DNA of 64,000 nucleotides. Origin: Paramecium tetraurelia (lineage: Eukaryota). The notes beneath the pieces were generated by a model. The model worked only from the letters and a program-made list of their open reading frames with translations, did not search any database and was not told the DNA's origin. The position numbers were made by a program, and so were the translations under genes. Position 1 is the first letter of the stretch, and each line of letters opens with the position of its first letter. Below are positions 1-12,748 of this stretch, piece by piece. The stretch covers positions 124,001 to 188,000 of the forward strand of contig CT867991.1 of assembly GCA_000165425.1 (NCBI GenBank), in the 5' to 3' direction.

Positions 1-888
1 TTCGGAATACAAACACTGTATTAATCTAAATTATATATAAGGATCAATCTACATCTGAAAGTCGAATATATAATGAAATCCTTGTTTGGATTTGATATGT
101 TTATCTGTGAATTGCATGTCTTGATTAAATGATTACTCAAACAATCCACCTACTTCTGTTCGTCATCTGGACATTGTGATACACACACTCTTTGATATAA
201 ATACTCTTTCATTGGATTGTTCAAATAAATGAAGGGATAGCTTTCTGCTTTACCATAACCACAAAGCGTGCCTAATTTAGATAATACGATATTACCATCC
301 AAATCAATGCCTTTGTTCCATCTTCCCAAATACTAATATCCTTAGTTATTGAGAATATATGTACAGTATAAGACAGTTTAGAAAACACTAATCAGAATCA
401 AGAAATAAACCCATTTGATATCTCTTTTGTAAAATTAGTTAGATTTGTATTAATTGAGTAAGTTATTCCTATAATCTTGATATAGCTTACTAAAAATTAG
501 TTTAAGATCTATCTGAGCTATGAAACTCTCCATTATAGACTGCTTATTGATATAATCTCTGCTGAAGATAGGTTTTACCTGTAGAATCAATTAGATGATG
601 AGCACTATGATTTTATAATGTAAGTTGAGGTTCGAAAACATGAATTGATGGTGGTGTTGATCGATTCAAATTTTGGTTAGCTTATCTCTGCACATCTTCG
701 TGTTTCTTATCAGTTTCGATGACCTTGATTAAATCAATTTTTGTTTGCTTATTGTCTGAAATCTCAATAAATAAATTATTCCCTGATGGAGTCTATTGAA
801 TCACTGTTTTTTCTTGAAAGAGATACTGCGATGAATTTTCGAATACTCTATGAGAGATCTCTTATTCTACGATTTATTCAGGTTGCAT
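1..888 (-). CDS. Choline transporter-like (CTL/SLC44) protein, 5' part; runs off the window start
   Basis: ATG at 888 (MQPEQIVEQEISHRVF...). A TM segment (DIKWVYFLILISVF) is followed by GIDLDG..CGYGKAESYPFIYL..RVCVSQCP, resembling the CTL N-terminal extracellular loop. Confidence 0.65.
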
Positions 889-1032
889 TCAAAAATATAA
901 ACTCGCTAATGAAAATTAAAATATTGTTATTTATTCATTAATTTGTAATTCATATGCTATTAAACAGTTATAAAGAATTTTCATTTTTCATAAGCCATTA
1001 ATTAGAATGAATATCATGAATGTGCAGCATTG

Positions 1033-2797
1033 ATGATTGGATTCAAAAGTAGAGGGGGGAAATGAAGCAGTTTAGGAAGAACAGAACAATAAATATTTAA
1101 ATTTAGAGGGAACATTTTGTATTAAATAATATTTTAATAATTAAAAGTGCAATTATTTCTTCTATTGATGTTACCAACAAATAAAATTGATTAAGGAGAA
1201 ATTATGCTGCAGATATCGCAAAGAGAACAGGAATTGTAAAATCAACAATCGAGTGCTTTAATTCAATTCTCATCTAATCCTATTTGCAATGATAATGCTA
1301 CCATTTAAATCTCCAGGTTGGATCAAGAGGGTGAGACAATACAATAGCATTCTCATCAAGTAGAAACATAACATAAAGAAGGTTTAAATGATAACTCATT
1401 GGAGAACTAAAACATTGATTTTGATTCTGCAAGCTACTCTCATTTATAAGTCGCTGATGAGCAGAATCAATACAATACAAAAAGATAAGAGTTACAATAG
1501 GCAGTCAAAAAGGAAGACGTACAAATTCAATTCAATATTGCAACTAACAATCTTTAATAGAGTAATAGTCAGAAATCCATATCAATTATAAAATTTGATG
1601 ACAATTCCGAAGTTAGGAACAATGGTTAAACAGGTAAAACTTAAGTTAATATCCAGAATCAAAACCAATTGCACATTATATCTTGATTCCAGTTTATTAA
1701 AGAAAATAGAATTTTCAAGACAATAATCCATAAGAAGAATCAGATTTTCAACAGCTTGACTAAAATCCAAATTGTCCCATTTGCAGTTCAAATTTTGAGA
1801 GAATCGTCAGACTTTTAGAATGTGAACACATGTTTTGCGAGTATCAATTTATCATATTCCAAAGGAGTTGCTACAAAGAATACTTAGAAGACAGAATCAA
1901 AATTGCCAAAATACATAATATTCCTTGTTTACAAGAAGGATGCACAATCCTTTTTTCAGAAGATGTGATTAAATCCATTGTGAGTGAGTAGAAATTCCAA
2001 TTATATTTGGTTTTCAAGAGAAAGTATGAAATCGAGAATGATCCAAACAAAAAGTGGTGTCCAGCAAAGGGCTGCGATCGCTATATTGAAAAAGATCCAA
2101 AAACCAACTTGATATAGTGCGAATGTGGTTAGTTAGTCTGTTTTAATTGTGGCCAGGTTGCCCATCAAGGAATGCTATGTGAAGTATACGCATTTCTTTA
2201 CTTTAGGATGCAATTTAAGGGGACTTTAAATAGGCTTTGGCTAAATATTGTATAAAGTATTGTCCAAAATGCAAATCCCATATTTAAAAAAACGCAGGAT
2301 GCAACCATATGACTTGCGCCAATTGTTCATTTCAATTTTGCTGGGTTTGCTTATAACCTTATCATGAATACCACTATCGATATTGGTCAATCAGAGGATG
2401 TGCTAGTACTTCATTCAATTAATTGTAGTATGGACGAATGGTCGTTTTAACACTACGAAGGAGGTCTCAAACCCTGATAAAATGAGGAGAATCTACTTCC
2501 TTCCCAGAGTGTTTCTATATACATTTAGATGTCCTGTTCTGATAGTTAAGTTGACTGTGAAATCTGCCTGCAAGTCTGTTGTGAAGCCCTTCGTATTCCT
2601 CAATAAGTAATTGTGCAGATCATCAAAGCCTAAATTTTGGTATTAGATTGTTCAATATTAGTCTTTTGGCGTGCTTTTATTTTCTTTTCGCAGAATTATT
2701 AATCTTGTTAATTGTAATCCTAGTCTCTCCTTTTTTTTTGTTTTATCAATGCGCAAAAGAAATAAAGTGGCTTTCCATTAAGGGTTGTGCCTATTGA
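1033..2797 (+). CDS. RBR (RING1-IBR-RING2) E3 ubiquitin ligase, Ariadne/RNF144-like, with hydrophobic C-terminus
   Basis: CPICSSNF..CEHMFCESCYKEYL..PCLQEGC (RING1), KWCPAKGC..CECGQLVCFNCGQVAH (IBR), [31 protein letters not shown] (RING2). TGA at 2795-2797; several tiny introns; start approximate. Confidence 0.85.
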
Positions 2798-2849
2798 ACA
2801 TTTATCATCTTTATTAATTTACTATTATTTATTCTAAAAATATCATATA

Positions 2850-4151
2850 ATGGGGAATTGTTGTGGAGGCCATAATTTGGCAAATGCGAATTTTTAGATC
2901 GCCAGTTACGATCTGTAATTCTCAGATCCCTCGAAATTTGACTTAGTACTTCTCAATAAGAAGGCTTTGTAGATTTAGAGTATGTTTCAAAATATATGAA
3001 ATCTAAGAATTATTCAGAGGTTATGTAGTAAGAAAGAAGATGAAGAAATAACAGACAAAGGCATTGGCACAGACATCGGACGAGAGTTTCATTTATCAAT
3101 ATCGAGCGAATCAGAAGGAAGATGTTAAGAACAACCAAAATGTTTTAAAATTTAACATTGATGGTTAATAGCATATTCCTGTGTTTAATGTAAAAGAAGT
3201 TAATATCAGTTCGAAGTACTCAGATAAAATTAAAAGTGTAATAAATGATCCTTCTATCCAAGGTTCTTGATAAGTTGGATCCATTTAATTTCAATTAAGA
3301 TGCCTAGTTTTTAGAGTACCCTTCCTCAAAACCACTGCTGATTGGCGATGTTATCTACGAAGGTCAATGGAACAATTGGTATTCAACTTTAGTTTATGAA
3401 GTTAAAAACACGGGAGAGGAAGATAGTTTTGGATTGATGGGTCATATTATGAAGGATATTGGTTCAATAATTGTTAACATGGCAAAGGCAGGTTGCTATT
3501 GGCCCAAGGAGACATTTACGAAGGAGATTGGAAGAATGATAAAGTTCATGGTTTTGTAATTTTATTAATTATTAATAGTAGGGTACTTACATTCATTAGA
3601 ATGGAGCTAAGTATTAAGGCTATTGGGAGAACGATAAGCAGCATGGAAAGGGTAAGGAGTTCTGGCCAGATGGAGCTACTTTTGAAGGAGACTACAAGAA
3701 TGGATAGAAGAACGGTGAGGGGATCTTGAGAGAGGCTGATGGATCGGTTTATGAAGGGGAGTTTTAGGAGAATAGGTTCGAAGGTCAGGGGGACTATAAG
3801 ATTGTGGGTGGAAAGAGATATGTTGGACAGTACAAGAACAATAAGATGCATGGAAAGGGAGTGAGTAGTCTTGTTTATATTTATAGACATTTTATTGGAA
3901 AGATGGCAAGAAGTATGAGGGGGACTATGTCAATGGTGTGAAATAAGGATATGGAGTGTTGTATTATCCGGATGGGAGGGTATCTATGAAATAAATTCAA
4001 GATCTTTAAAGGCTATTGGTAGAATGGGAAGCAGCATGGGATCGGGATTTATATAGGGAAATCAAAGGTGGAGAAGGAAGGGGAATGGATTGATGGGAAG
4101 CGAGTCCGATGGATAAGGAAAGGAGGAGAGTTTGCTATTAATGAATCTTGA
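2850..4151 (+). CDS. MORN-repeat protein with MGNCC acylation motif and probable IQ motif (paralog A)
   Basis: Starts MGNCCGG; IQ-like [10 protein letters not shown] region; repeated YEG.W....HG.G MORN units; TGA 4149-4151. Confidence 0.85.
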
Positions 4152-4328
4152 TTAATAAATTTTTCTTTGGAATTTTAAGTTAATTTTTTATAAGGGGATT
4201 TTTTGATTAATTCTAACTCAAATGATATTTTTTGATGAGTCGATTAAGGGATCATGAAGCAAGAATGATTTAGTTGCAAATTTATATAATTTAATATAAT
4301 TTTTATATAAATTACTGCATAACAGATT

Positions 4329-5703
4329 ATGGGAAGTTGTTGTACAGGATAATAAGCATGGTGTGGTGATCAAAAAACACAAGTAAATTTAGGAGCAGGT
4401 CAATCACAAGATCCAGATAAAAAAGTGGATGAGCAGTTGGATGAAAATTTAGTTAAGGAAAAGGCTACAAAAATATAAGGTAATTTCAGTTTGGAATTAT
4501 GAATAGCACATATAAGAGGTCACAAGGCGAGAGAAGAGGTTAAGAAAATAAAAGAAACCCAAAAGAGTTCAGAACAAGTTTCAGATAAGTGCATTAAATA
4601 AAGTCTTGAACCTAAAAGAATGGAAAACCATCAATAATAGGAAGAAAAGGCATCTGTAACAGCAAAAGAAGGTGCCTATACAAAGGGTCCAGAGTAAGGT
4701 GCTGGTGCCAATTAGCATGCTCCAAATGATAGAGTAAGAAAAATTGAAAGGGTACCTGACTTTTTGACAGATCGAACTAGACAAGTATATTTTAATTATA
4801 CAAAGGTTTTGGAGAAATTGGATGAGTTTGTTTACGATTAAGATTAAGAGGAATACAAAGATTTACCACAATTGGGTCCTTATGAATTTGAGAACGGGAG
4901 TGTTTATATTGGTTAATGGAAGAACGGGTATATTTTTGCATCTATTTTATCTAGATAGAGGCATGGCAGAGGAAAACAAATTTGGCAGGATGGTTCATTG
5001 TATGAAGGCTATTGGTACTAAAATGTAGCATGTGGCAAAGGCAGATTAATTCATTCTGATGGTGATATTTATGAAGGAGAATGGAGAAATGACAAGGCTC
5101 ATGGTTAAGTAAAATTTTAGATGTAATTCTAGGGAAAATATGTTCATATGGATGGGGCTTAGTATATTGGCCAATGGGAAGATGATAGATAGAACGGGGA
5201 AGGATAAGAAATTTGGCCAGATGGTGCTAGTTATTAAGGATAATATAAGAATGGAAAGAAGGATGGTAGGGGTACATTTAAATGGGCTGATGGCTCTATT
5301 TATGTTGGAGACTTCTATTAAAATAATATTTAAGGACAAGGAGAATATAGTTGGGAAGACGGTAGAAAATACGTTGGAGAATGGAAAAATAATAAAATGG
5401 ATGGCAAAGGAGTATGGTTATTTATGCTAATCAAAGGTTTTTACTTGGCTGGATGGCAGAAGATATGAAGGTTAATATAAGGATGATAAAAAACATGGTT
5501 ACGGAGAATTTAAATGGCCTGATGGCAGAGTATGATTTTTTAAAGATTATCAGGTCTATAAAGGAGACTGGTCAAATGGCAAATAGCATGGCAGAGGAAT
5601 CTACATAGGTTCATCAAAGGTGGAAAAGGAAGGAGAATGGTAAGACGGTAAAAGAGTAAGGTGGATTAGAAGAGGAGGCTAACCAATAGAAGAGGGAAAT
5701 TGA
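4329..5703 (+). CDS. MORN-repeat protein with MGSCC acylation motif and IQ motif (paralog B)
   Basis: Starts [24 protein letters not shown] motif spans an intron; about 10 MORN repeats; TGA 5701-5703. Confidence 0.88.
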
Positions 5704-5775
5704 AATTCACTTTTATAACAAAGTTCCCTCACAGAAATTTTTTGTTTTTTAAATCTTTTATTATTTATTGTTTAT

Positions 5776-6729
5776 TCAAAAGATTTTAGAGCTTTTTCTA
5801 ACATCTGATTTTGCTTCCATTTTCTTTTAATCCTATGCTGCTTTATCGGCTGCTTCAACCTATGCTAATTATCTTTTAAGATCGGATATCTTTTATTAGC
5901 TTTCCTTATAATTTTTCTCTAAATTTGTGTACTTCTTCATCCATGTTTCTACTTCACTTGATGCATAAGTGACTTTCTCTGTTATTATAACTTAGTATTC
6001 TTCCTATAACTCTTACAATTTTAATCTTAGTTCTTTCATAAATTCTTCATCATCAGACATCTTTTTTTCTAATTCTTGTTTTTAGTTTAATAAGTTCTTA
6101 ACCTTTGTGTCATCTTATACTTCTTAAAAATTTTCCTCTACAATTGTCCCATTGTTCTTTTTTATTTGAATTTGTAACTCTAAAATTTATCTTTCCAAAG
6201 CTGTGCATTTTTACTTCCATGGAGCCTCAATATCTTTTAAAATCGATTAGAACTTTTACCATCGGCTTTTACTACTTGTAATGGTCTCTCTAAATGTCTA
6301 AATTCCTAAGCCTATCCTTAAGGTTACGATGTCTAATCATAGATTATTTATTAAATTTACTTGTTAACTTTGACCAACCTTTTAGGATTAATTAGTTGGT
6401 TTAATGGTTTTAGGATTTGATGTATTTATGGGGTTTTATTAGGTCTATCTCGTTGGTATAATCGGACTTTATTGTAATTGTAGCTGTTTCATTTGTTGTG
6501 ATAGTGGAGATCCCTAAATCATTTAACATAATAATAACCATTAATTATCTTTGTTGAGGAGATAACATTTAGGCGTTGTTATAATTTGGAGATTACTAAA
6601 ATTGTCTTGGAGATTGAACCTAATGAAAATTTTATTATTCATTACAAACTGATTTTATCTTGGTGAAACCTGGAACTGATTAGTTTATTGACCAAATTGT
6701 TATTGCAATATAGGATTTGTTGAATACAT
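5776..6729 (-). CDS. Hypothetical protein: Gln/Pro-rich N-terminus plus coiled-coil C-terminus
   Basis: ATG 6729 (MYSTNPILQQQFGQ..), heptad-rich ..LERQILELQIQIKK..; ends KSSKIF-TGA at 5776-5778. Confidence 0.7.
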
Positions 6730-6938
6730 CAAATAATAATTTTAATAAACTAAATACTATTCATTTTTTCCATATCATTTAAAATACTTTGGACGATTGG
6801 GAATCTAAATAGCCATAGTTATTTAGCTTATTCTAATAGTAGTTATATGCTGAATTATCGAAGAATCAACAGATATCTATACAATTATTTTATGTAATAT
6901 ATAACACGTATATAATTTATTCTAGAATTTTAATAATT

Positions 6939-9193
6939 ATGTTGAAAATCATTTTCTTAGCTGTTCTGTGCTCATTTAGTGCAGCATTATTTGAGAATTC
7001 TTATCTGATTAAACAAGCCAATAAATTAGAAGATTTTAGAGGTATTTTAGAATCAGAATTTGTTTCTCTTGTGTATTTCTATTCAGATCAATGCGAAAAT
7101 TGCCAAAGAGCTGCTTCACTAATAGAAAAAGTAGCAGAGGATTAGGAAGGCATAATAAATGCATATGGAGCAAATTGCGATGAAATAAATAAAGATCCTA
7201 AATCTAAGTATTTATGCAATCTAAATCTAGTGATTAATTACCATATTGCAGTTAAGATGTGATATAACATCTACCTTAAATTACTTTCTTTGAACCTCCA
7301 ACTCAACCAATAAATCCATATACAAAAGAAAAGATGATAGCAACAGAACACAGATTTTAAGGGGAAGCTACTCCATAAAGTTTGGGGTAATTTGGATACA
7401 AATTCATCCCAAATCATGTTATTAGAATTAATACATTGGAGGAACTCAAGAAGTTTGAGACATCTGATCCAAAATTGAATAAAGTTATTCTTTTTACAAA
7501 GAGGAAGGAAACTTCACCTCTACTCAAAGCCATGAATCTCCATTATTTGGAAAGAGTCAAATTTGGAGAAGTTGTCGCAACTCCAGAAACATAATCATTA
7601 TTAGATGAATTTGATATCAAGGAATTACCACAAATAGTGGGCTTAGAAAATAATGGAGATAATACTTATAATAGAGATCTATATGATGGTGATCTATTAT
7701 TCAAACCAATCAAGAAATTTGTCAGGGGATTGGCTGCTAAAGATAGAATTCCATATGAATAAATCAATGAATAATCAAAGAAGTAGGAAGAAAGAAAGAA
7801 TAGAAGACAAAAACAAGATGATTAAGAAAAAAGTAATGAAAAACAAAATGTCATTACTCCTACTAAATTAGATCAAAATATTTTAAATAAATAATTATTA
7901 AGAAATGATAAACCAGCATTTGTGCATGTTTATAAAGAGACACCTCATAAGGCATGGGAGGAAACCATTAAAAAATATAAATCTTTATTTGATTATTATG
8001 AATTTTAAGTAAACACTCAAGAGGATGAAGAATTAGTCAAAGAATTGCAAATAAAAAGCTACCCTAGCATAAGATTTTATCAAGTAGGAAATACTGCAAA
8101 AAAGAGAGCTTCCAAAATATCATTTACTAAAGAATATTCATTAGATGAAATAAATAAAGACATATAAGAATTAGTTGATGATAAGACTATTAATATCAAT
8201 GAACAAACATTATAAATGTAATTGAGCCAGTATATTGCTGATAATAATATTGTTGTGCTTTATTTTTATTAGACTCCTTAAGTTGGATTAACTTATAGAG
8301 TCTTAAGTTAATTGCAAGAATATCACGGTAAGTATAAATTCTTGTCTTTTAAAAATGCTTCCTAAAAGGTTATTGAACAATTTTAGATCCCTAATCAACC
8401 AGCATTAACTATCATCTTTAGAGATGTCAAGGATAAGAAGGAATTAGAAGAAGAACTAAAACCTGATTAAGTGAGACAAGCACTATTTACTGGAAAGCAT
8501 GGTTATGATGAAATTAAATCATTCTTAGATTCAGTATAATTATAATCAATATTTAGTTTGATGAATCCAAAAAGACATCCAGCAAAAAAGTATAGGAAAT
8601 ACATAATTAAGAGTAATTAGAAGAATATTGTGAAAAGAAGTAAACATTATGTTACATTGCATTATTGAATGGTGAACATAAATAAGTGAAACATGATGAT
8701 ATTTTAACAAAATGGGAACATCAATTGGAAGTGCTAGACAAAATAAAAAACACCCATGGAGCAAAATAAGCATCTTTTGTTTTCATTGATGCTTCTTGTC
8801 ATGATGAATTATTATTAAAATTTGATATTTCTGATGACACATTACCTAATTTCGTTGCATACTCGAGCAGCAAAAAGATGTAATTAATATTATAATTTTA
8901 GTTATTCTAAATTAATTGGAAGATTCGATTATGATGCTCTTAGTAAATTTATTGACAAATAATATAAGGGATAATCTAACAATATCAATATTAATTCTAT
9001 TTAAATTATAGAAAAAAATTGTGAAGAAATATTCCAAAAAAGAAAAGAGGCTAGTCAATAATCAGGATTATCAGATTTTGATGAAGAAATCCTGAAAGAA
9101 ATTTTGGAAGAAGAAAGATTAAAAAAGAAAGAATTAGAAAAAGAATTAAAAAAAGGAAAGAAAAAAAGTAAAAAGTCTAAAGATGATTTATGA
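6939..9193 (+). CDS. ER-lumen multi-thioredoxin-fold (PDI-like) protein
   Basis: Signal peptide MLKIIFLAVLCSFSAA; FVSLVYFYSDQCENC CxxC motif; C-terminal KSKDDL then TGA 9191-9193 (ER-retention-like). Confidence 0.8.
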
Positions 9194-9432
9194 TTTTAAC
9201 TCGAATTTTATGTTGATAATTGTTATAAATTCTGCTATGAAATTTCTTCTCTCAATTTCCTATAAAAATTACTAACATAATATATACATGATAAAAAATA
9301 AATATATGATTTTTAGACCAAAATTCCAATAAAAGAAGGTCTCTGTATCATTTCTTATGAATACTTTCATAATTGTTAAAAATTAATACCAATTTCATAA
9401 AATTAAAAGTAGAAATACTCATATTTATAAAT

Positions 9433-12400
9433 TCATTTCTTCTTCTTTTTTGTTCCCATAGCTTCCCTCAATTTTCTATCTTGTCTTTGAAATATTTCAA
9501 GGTTTTCTTTCCACTATTATGCTTAATCAAAATCTCTCAATTTCCACATAAGAACATCCATTCTGAAATTAGCATCTGATGGTAATGGGTATTAGGCCAA
9601 TTCTAACTTGATTGGGAAGTCTGTCATTATAGATATCAATCGTTGATTATCAAACTTAGATAAGAACTATTCTTACTTTTAATTCTTGGTTCCAAACCCC
9701 TTTAATTATGCTTTTAACCGACTTAACTTCAGATTTTAAATCAAGTCCCTTATATTTTCTATAGCCTTCTCTTAAATATCTTCCTATCGCTGCGTCTGTA
9801 ACCTCACAGACTCCTCCAGCTACAAAATCTGAATATGGAAGATGTTCAATATTAAAATATTGGCAGTATTTTTTATCAGGCTTGAATGCACATTCCATAA
9901 CCCATTTATTATTTAAATCAAATAGAAATTATTTTTCTAAAAAGTCCATTGATTTATCACCAAATGTAGTCCCATAAATACAACCAGGTGCTAATAGAAT
10001 AATGACTTCTTAAGGAGGATTTTCAAATATCACTTTAACTTCGCCTACGTTTCTACCAACAACAGAATTTGAATGAAAGTTAGCAACTAGTTCTAGACGA
10101 GCATCAATTCTATTCATATTTAGACTATTGATACTTATATTTTCGACCATAATATTATATAATGCAAATTGGAGGATGATGACTAATTTATTCGCAATAT
10201 ATCGGACAATTATCAAAATAACCTTAAAAGGTTTCTCCTAAAATAGGATTGAAGGGCTAGAATATATTAGGTATGGATCATACTTTTTCCATAGATAAAT
10301 ATGAAAAGATAAATCCGAAAGAAAACGCTGCACACTATTTAATCCTATAGAATTTATCCTTCGATATAGCAGCATCATCCAAAAACACTGGAGCAAAGGC
10401 CAAAGAACTACAAGCTCTTTCAGTATTAGATCTGGATTCGAATATTGTTACTGGCATAGATATGCTTGTAAGAGATCTTCCCATCAAAAGTGAAGTTCCT
10501 TTAATATATATAACTTTTTACCTATTCTAGCTAATAAAAATTTAACCACACTCTTCTATGCATTTACTTTTACCTCATTTATACATTTCAATCCTCCATT
10601 CTTTTCATCTCTGATAAAATCCTTTCTAAATATGTAGTGTCCTCCTTCTTATTCTTTCATATACTTTCTATTCTATATTATTTGATTATATATTTACTTT
10701 GATATCTGACTCTAATGGATTCAAAATATGTTCTATATCAATGGCAATTTGACAAAATTTCCCACTGAAATAAGCCTACATCTTCTTTTCTACCCAATCT
10801 TCAATATTTTCAATTGTATCACTTTAACTTTACACTTAGTGATTCCTGTTCGTTGGCTATCTTTAAGTTATCGAATTCCTGACTTCTATCACACTTTAAT
10901 CAGAACTATTAGCTTATTGATCTTATTATCCAATAAACAACTTATCATTCATAGCATCTATATCATCCTAACAATCGTAATATTGAGTGAGGTTTCCATC
11001 AGATCCCTCATTTTCAGGTTCAATTTCATCATTTTCACAATCATCCTCTATTTTTGGTTACTGAAATAAGATATTTTATGAAATATTATTTCCAACAACT
11101 TGAGAAGATTCTTAAGAACTAGAAGTTTTCTTTAGTTTCAATTATTCTAAAGTACCTTAAGAAAGATTATTTTAATCATTTTTTCCTTAATTAATGTCAA
11201 AAGACTTAGCTGATTTTTTCATATTGACTTACTATTAAATTTATTAATCATCCTCTTTCAGATTTCCAATTAATGGAATATGTTTATCTTTAGAAGGTAA
11301 TAACATTTAATTTGGTGATTAAACTTGACTTTATTAACTTGGACCTTAGAGTGAGGAGGAGACTATAATAGGTTATTGAGTATTTGGATTTTGAATTGTT
11401 TATTTAGGGATATCAGCTTACTAAGCATCTTTTATAACTTTTACTTTTGACTTTGAAGTTAAAAATTCATTTTGAGGACTATTATTTGGATTTATACCTT
11501 AACCTTTATCCTGCATTAGTTGTTTATCAGGATCAGTTTTTGATGTCTTTATTATATTTTCAAATTACAAAAAATATTGTTATGAAAGGATTGAGTCTTC
11601 TTCAATAAAGGCTAATCCATTGTAACTCTATTCGGTAAATAATACAATATTAGTTTGATTATTTTCAAATTAGAGACCCCAAACAGCAAATTTTAGGAGC
11701 CCTGACACTGTGCCTTAATGTATTTTGTGATCTGCTTTTTTTTCGATAATGATTTTAGTGTTTTCTTTTTTTTTAAATTCAACTACATGTCTTAAATAAG
11801 TGAATTCTCTTTTGAATTAAAACCAATTTTTGATTAATCTTATTTCAGTTATCATTTGGGATTTATCAGATTTGAAATCTTTAATTTAAGTGTATTCTTT
11901 GATATTGTGCGCATTCCAATCATACTAAGATTCAAATAATTGGGTTTGACATTTTGCTAAGCCTAAAGAAATAAAAAAGGAATATTACAATTTCCAGGTA
12001 AAGTAATAAATACTTTGAAATTGAGTTAATTGTTTTTATTTCTATAAATCTTCACTATTTGATTTTGCGTGAGTTCATACTATTCCAATTGGAAAGATTT
12101 AGATCTGATATTCTGAATACTAGATTAAATTTTAAAATTTACGCATCTCGAATTTCAGGCATTTCAAAAAAATGTGGAATGTCGTAATCATAATCTCTTA
12201 TAGATGCTGCGGTTTAATAAAATTTATCATACAATTAGGTTTTGAAGATAAACTAGGCTCGAACAAACTTTATGTTCGAAGCTATTATCCACACATTTTT
12301 TTTAGGAATAACATAAGCTCATTGGCAAACTTCTCATTGTCAGATCCCATTAATATATTCTTTTCCCCTATTGTAGAAACCAATTCAAATTAAAATCTAT

Positions 12401-12617
12401 TATTTTTTCTTTCTACATTTGCTATCTATCAGGAATGAGGAATATACTTTACTTAATAATTTGCTAGATGATAATTTTTATTTTATTTTGAACTTTTTAT
12501 TGAAAATATTCTAAGTTCTTGATCAATGATGTATTTTTTTGGTTGCCAAAGACCAAAGGTCTTGCCTTTAACTAGGATCTCCCCTTCCAAAAGATAGTTG
12601 ATTTTTGCCTTATCCAT
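9433..12617 (-). CDS. Oxysterol-binding protein (OSBP/ORP) with N-terminal PH-like and START-like domains
   Basis: SISMPVTIFESRS, KPFNPILGETFQG and EQISHHPPI ORD signatures; N-terminal LEGEILVKGKTFGLWQPKKY is PH-like; TGA 9433-9435. Confidence 0.85.
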
Positions 12618-12748
12618 AAATTAATAATATTTTTAGGGAGATATTTTGTATTAAATTGGATTTTTAGTGTAATCTATTATTCCACCCCTGTTTGGCACTT
12701 TACATCATATAAATTTATTTTATACTAATATTGTTTTTTTGTTGCAAT

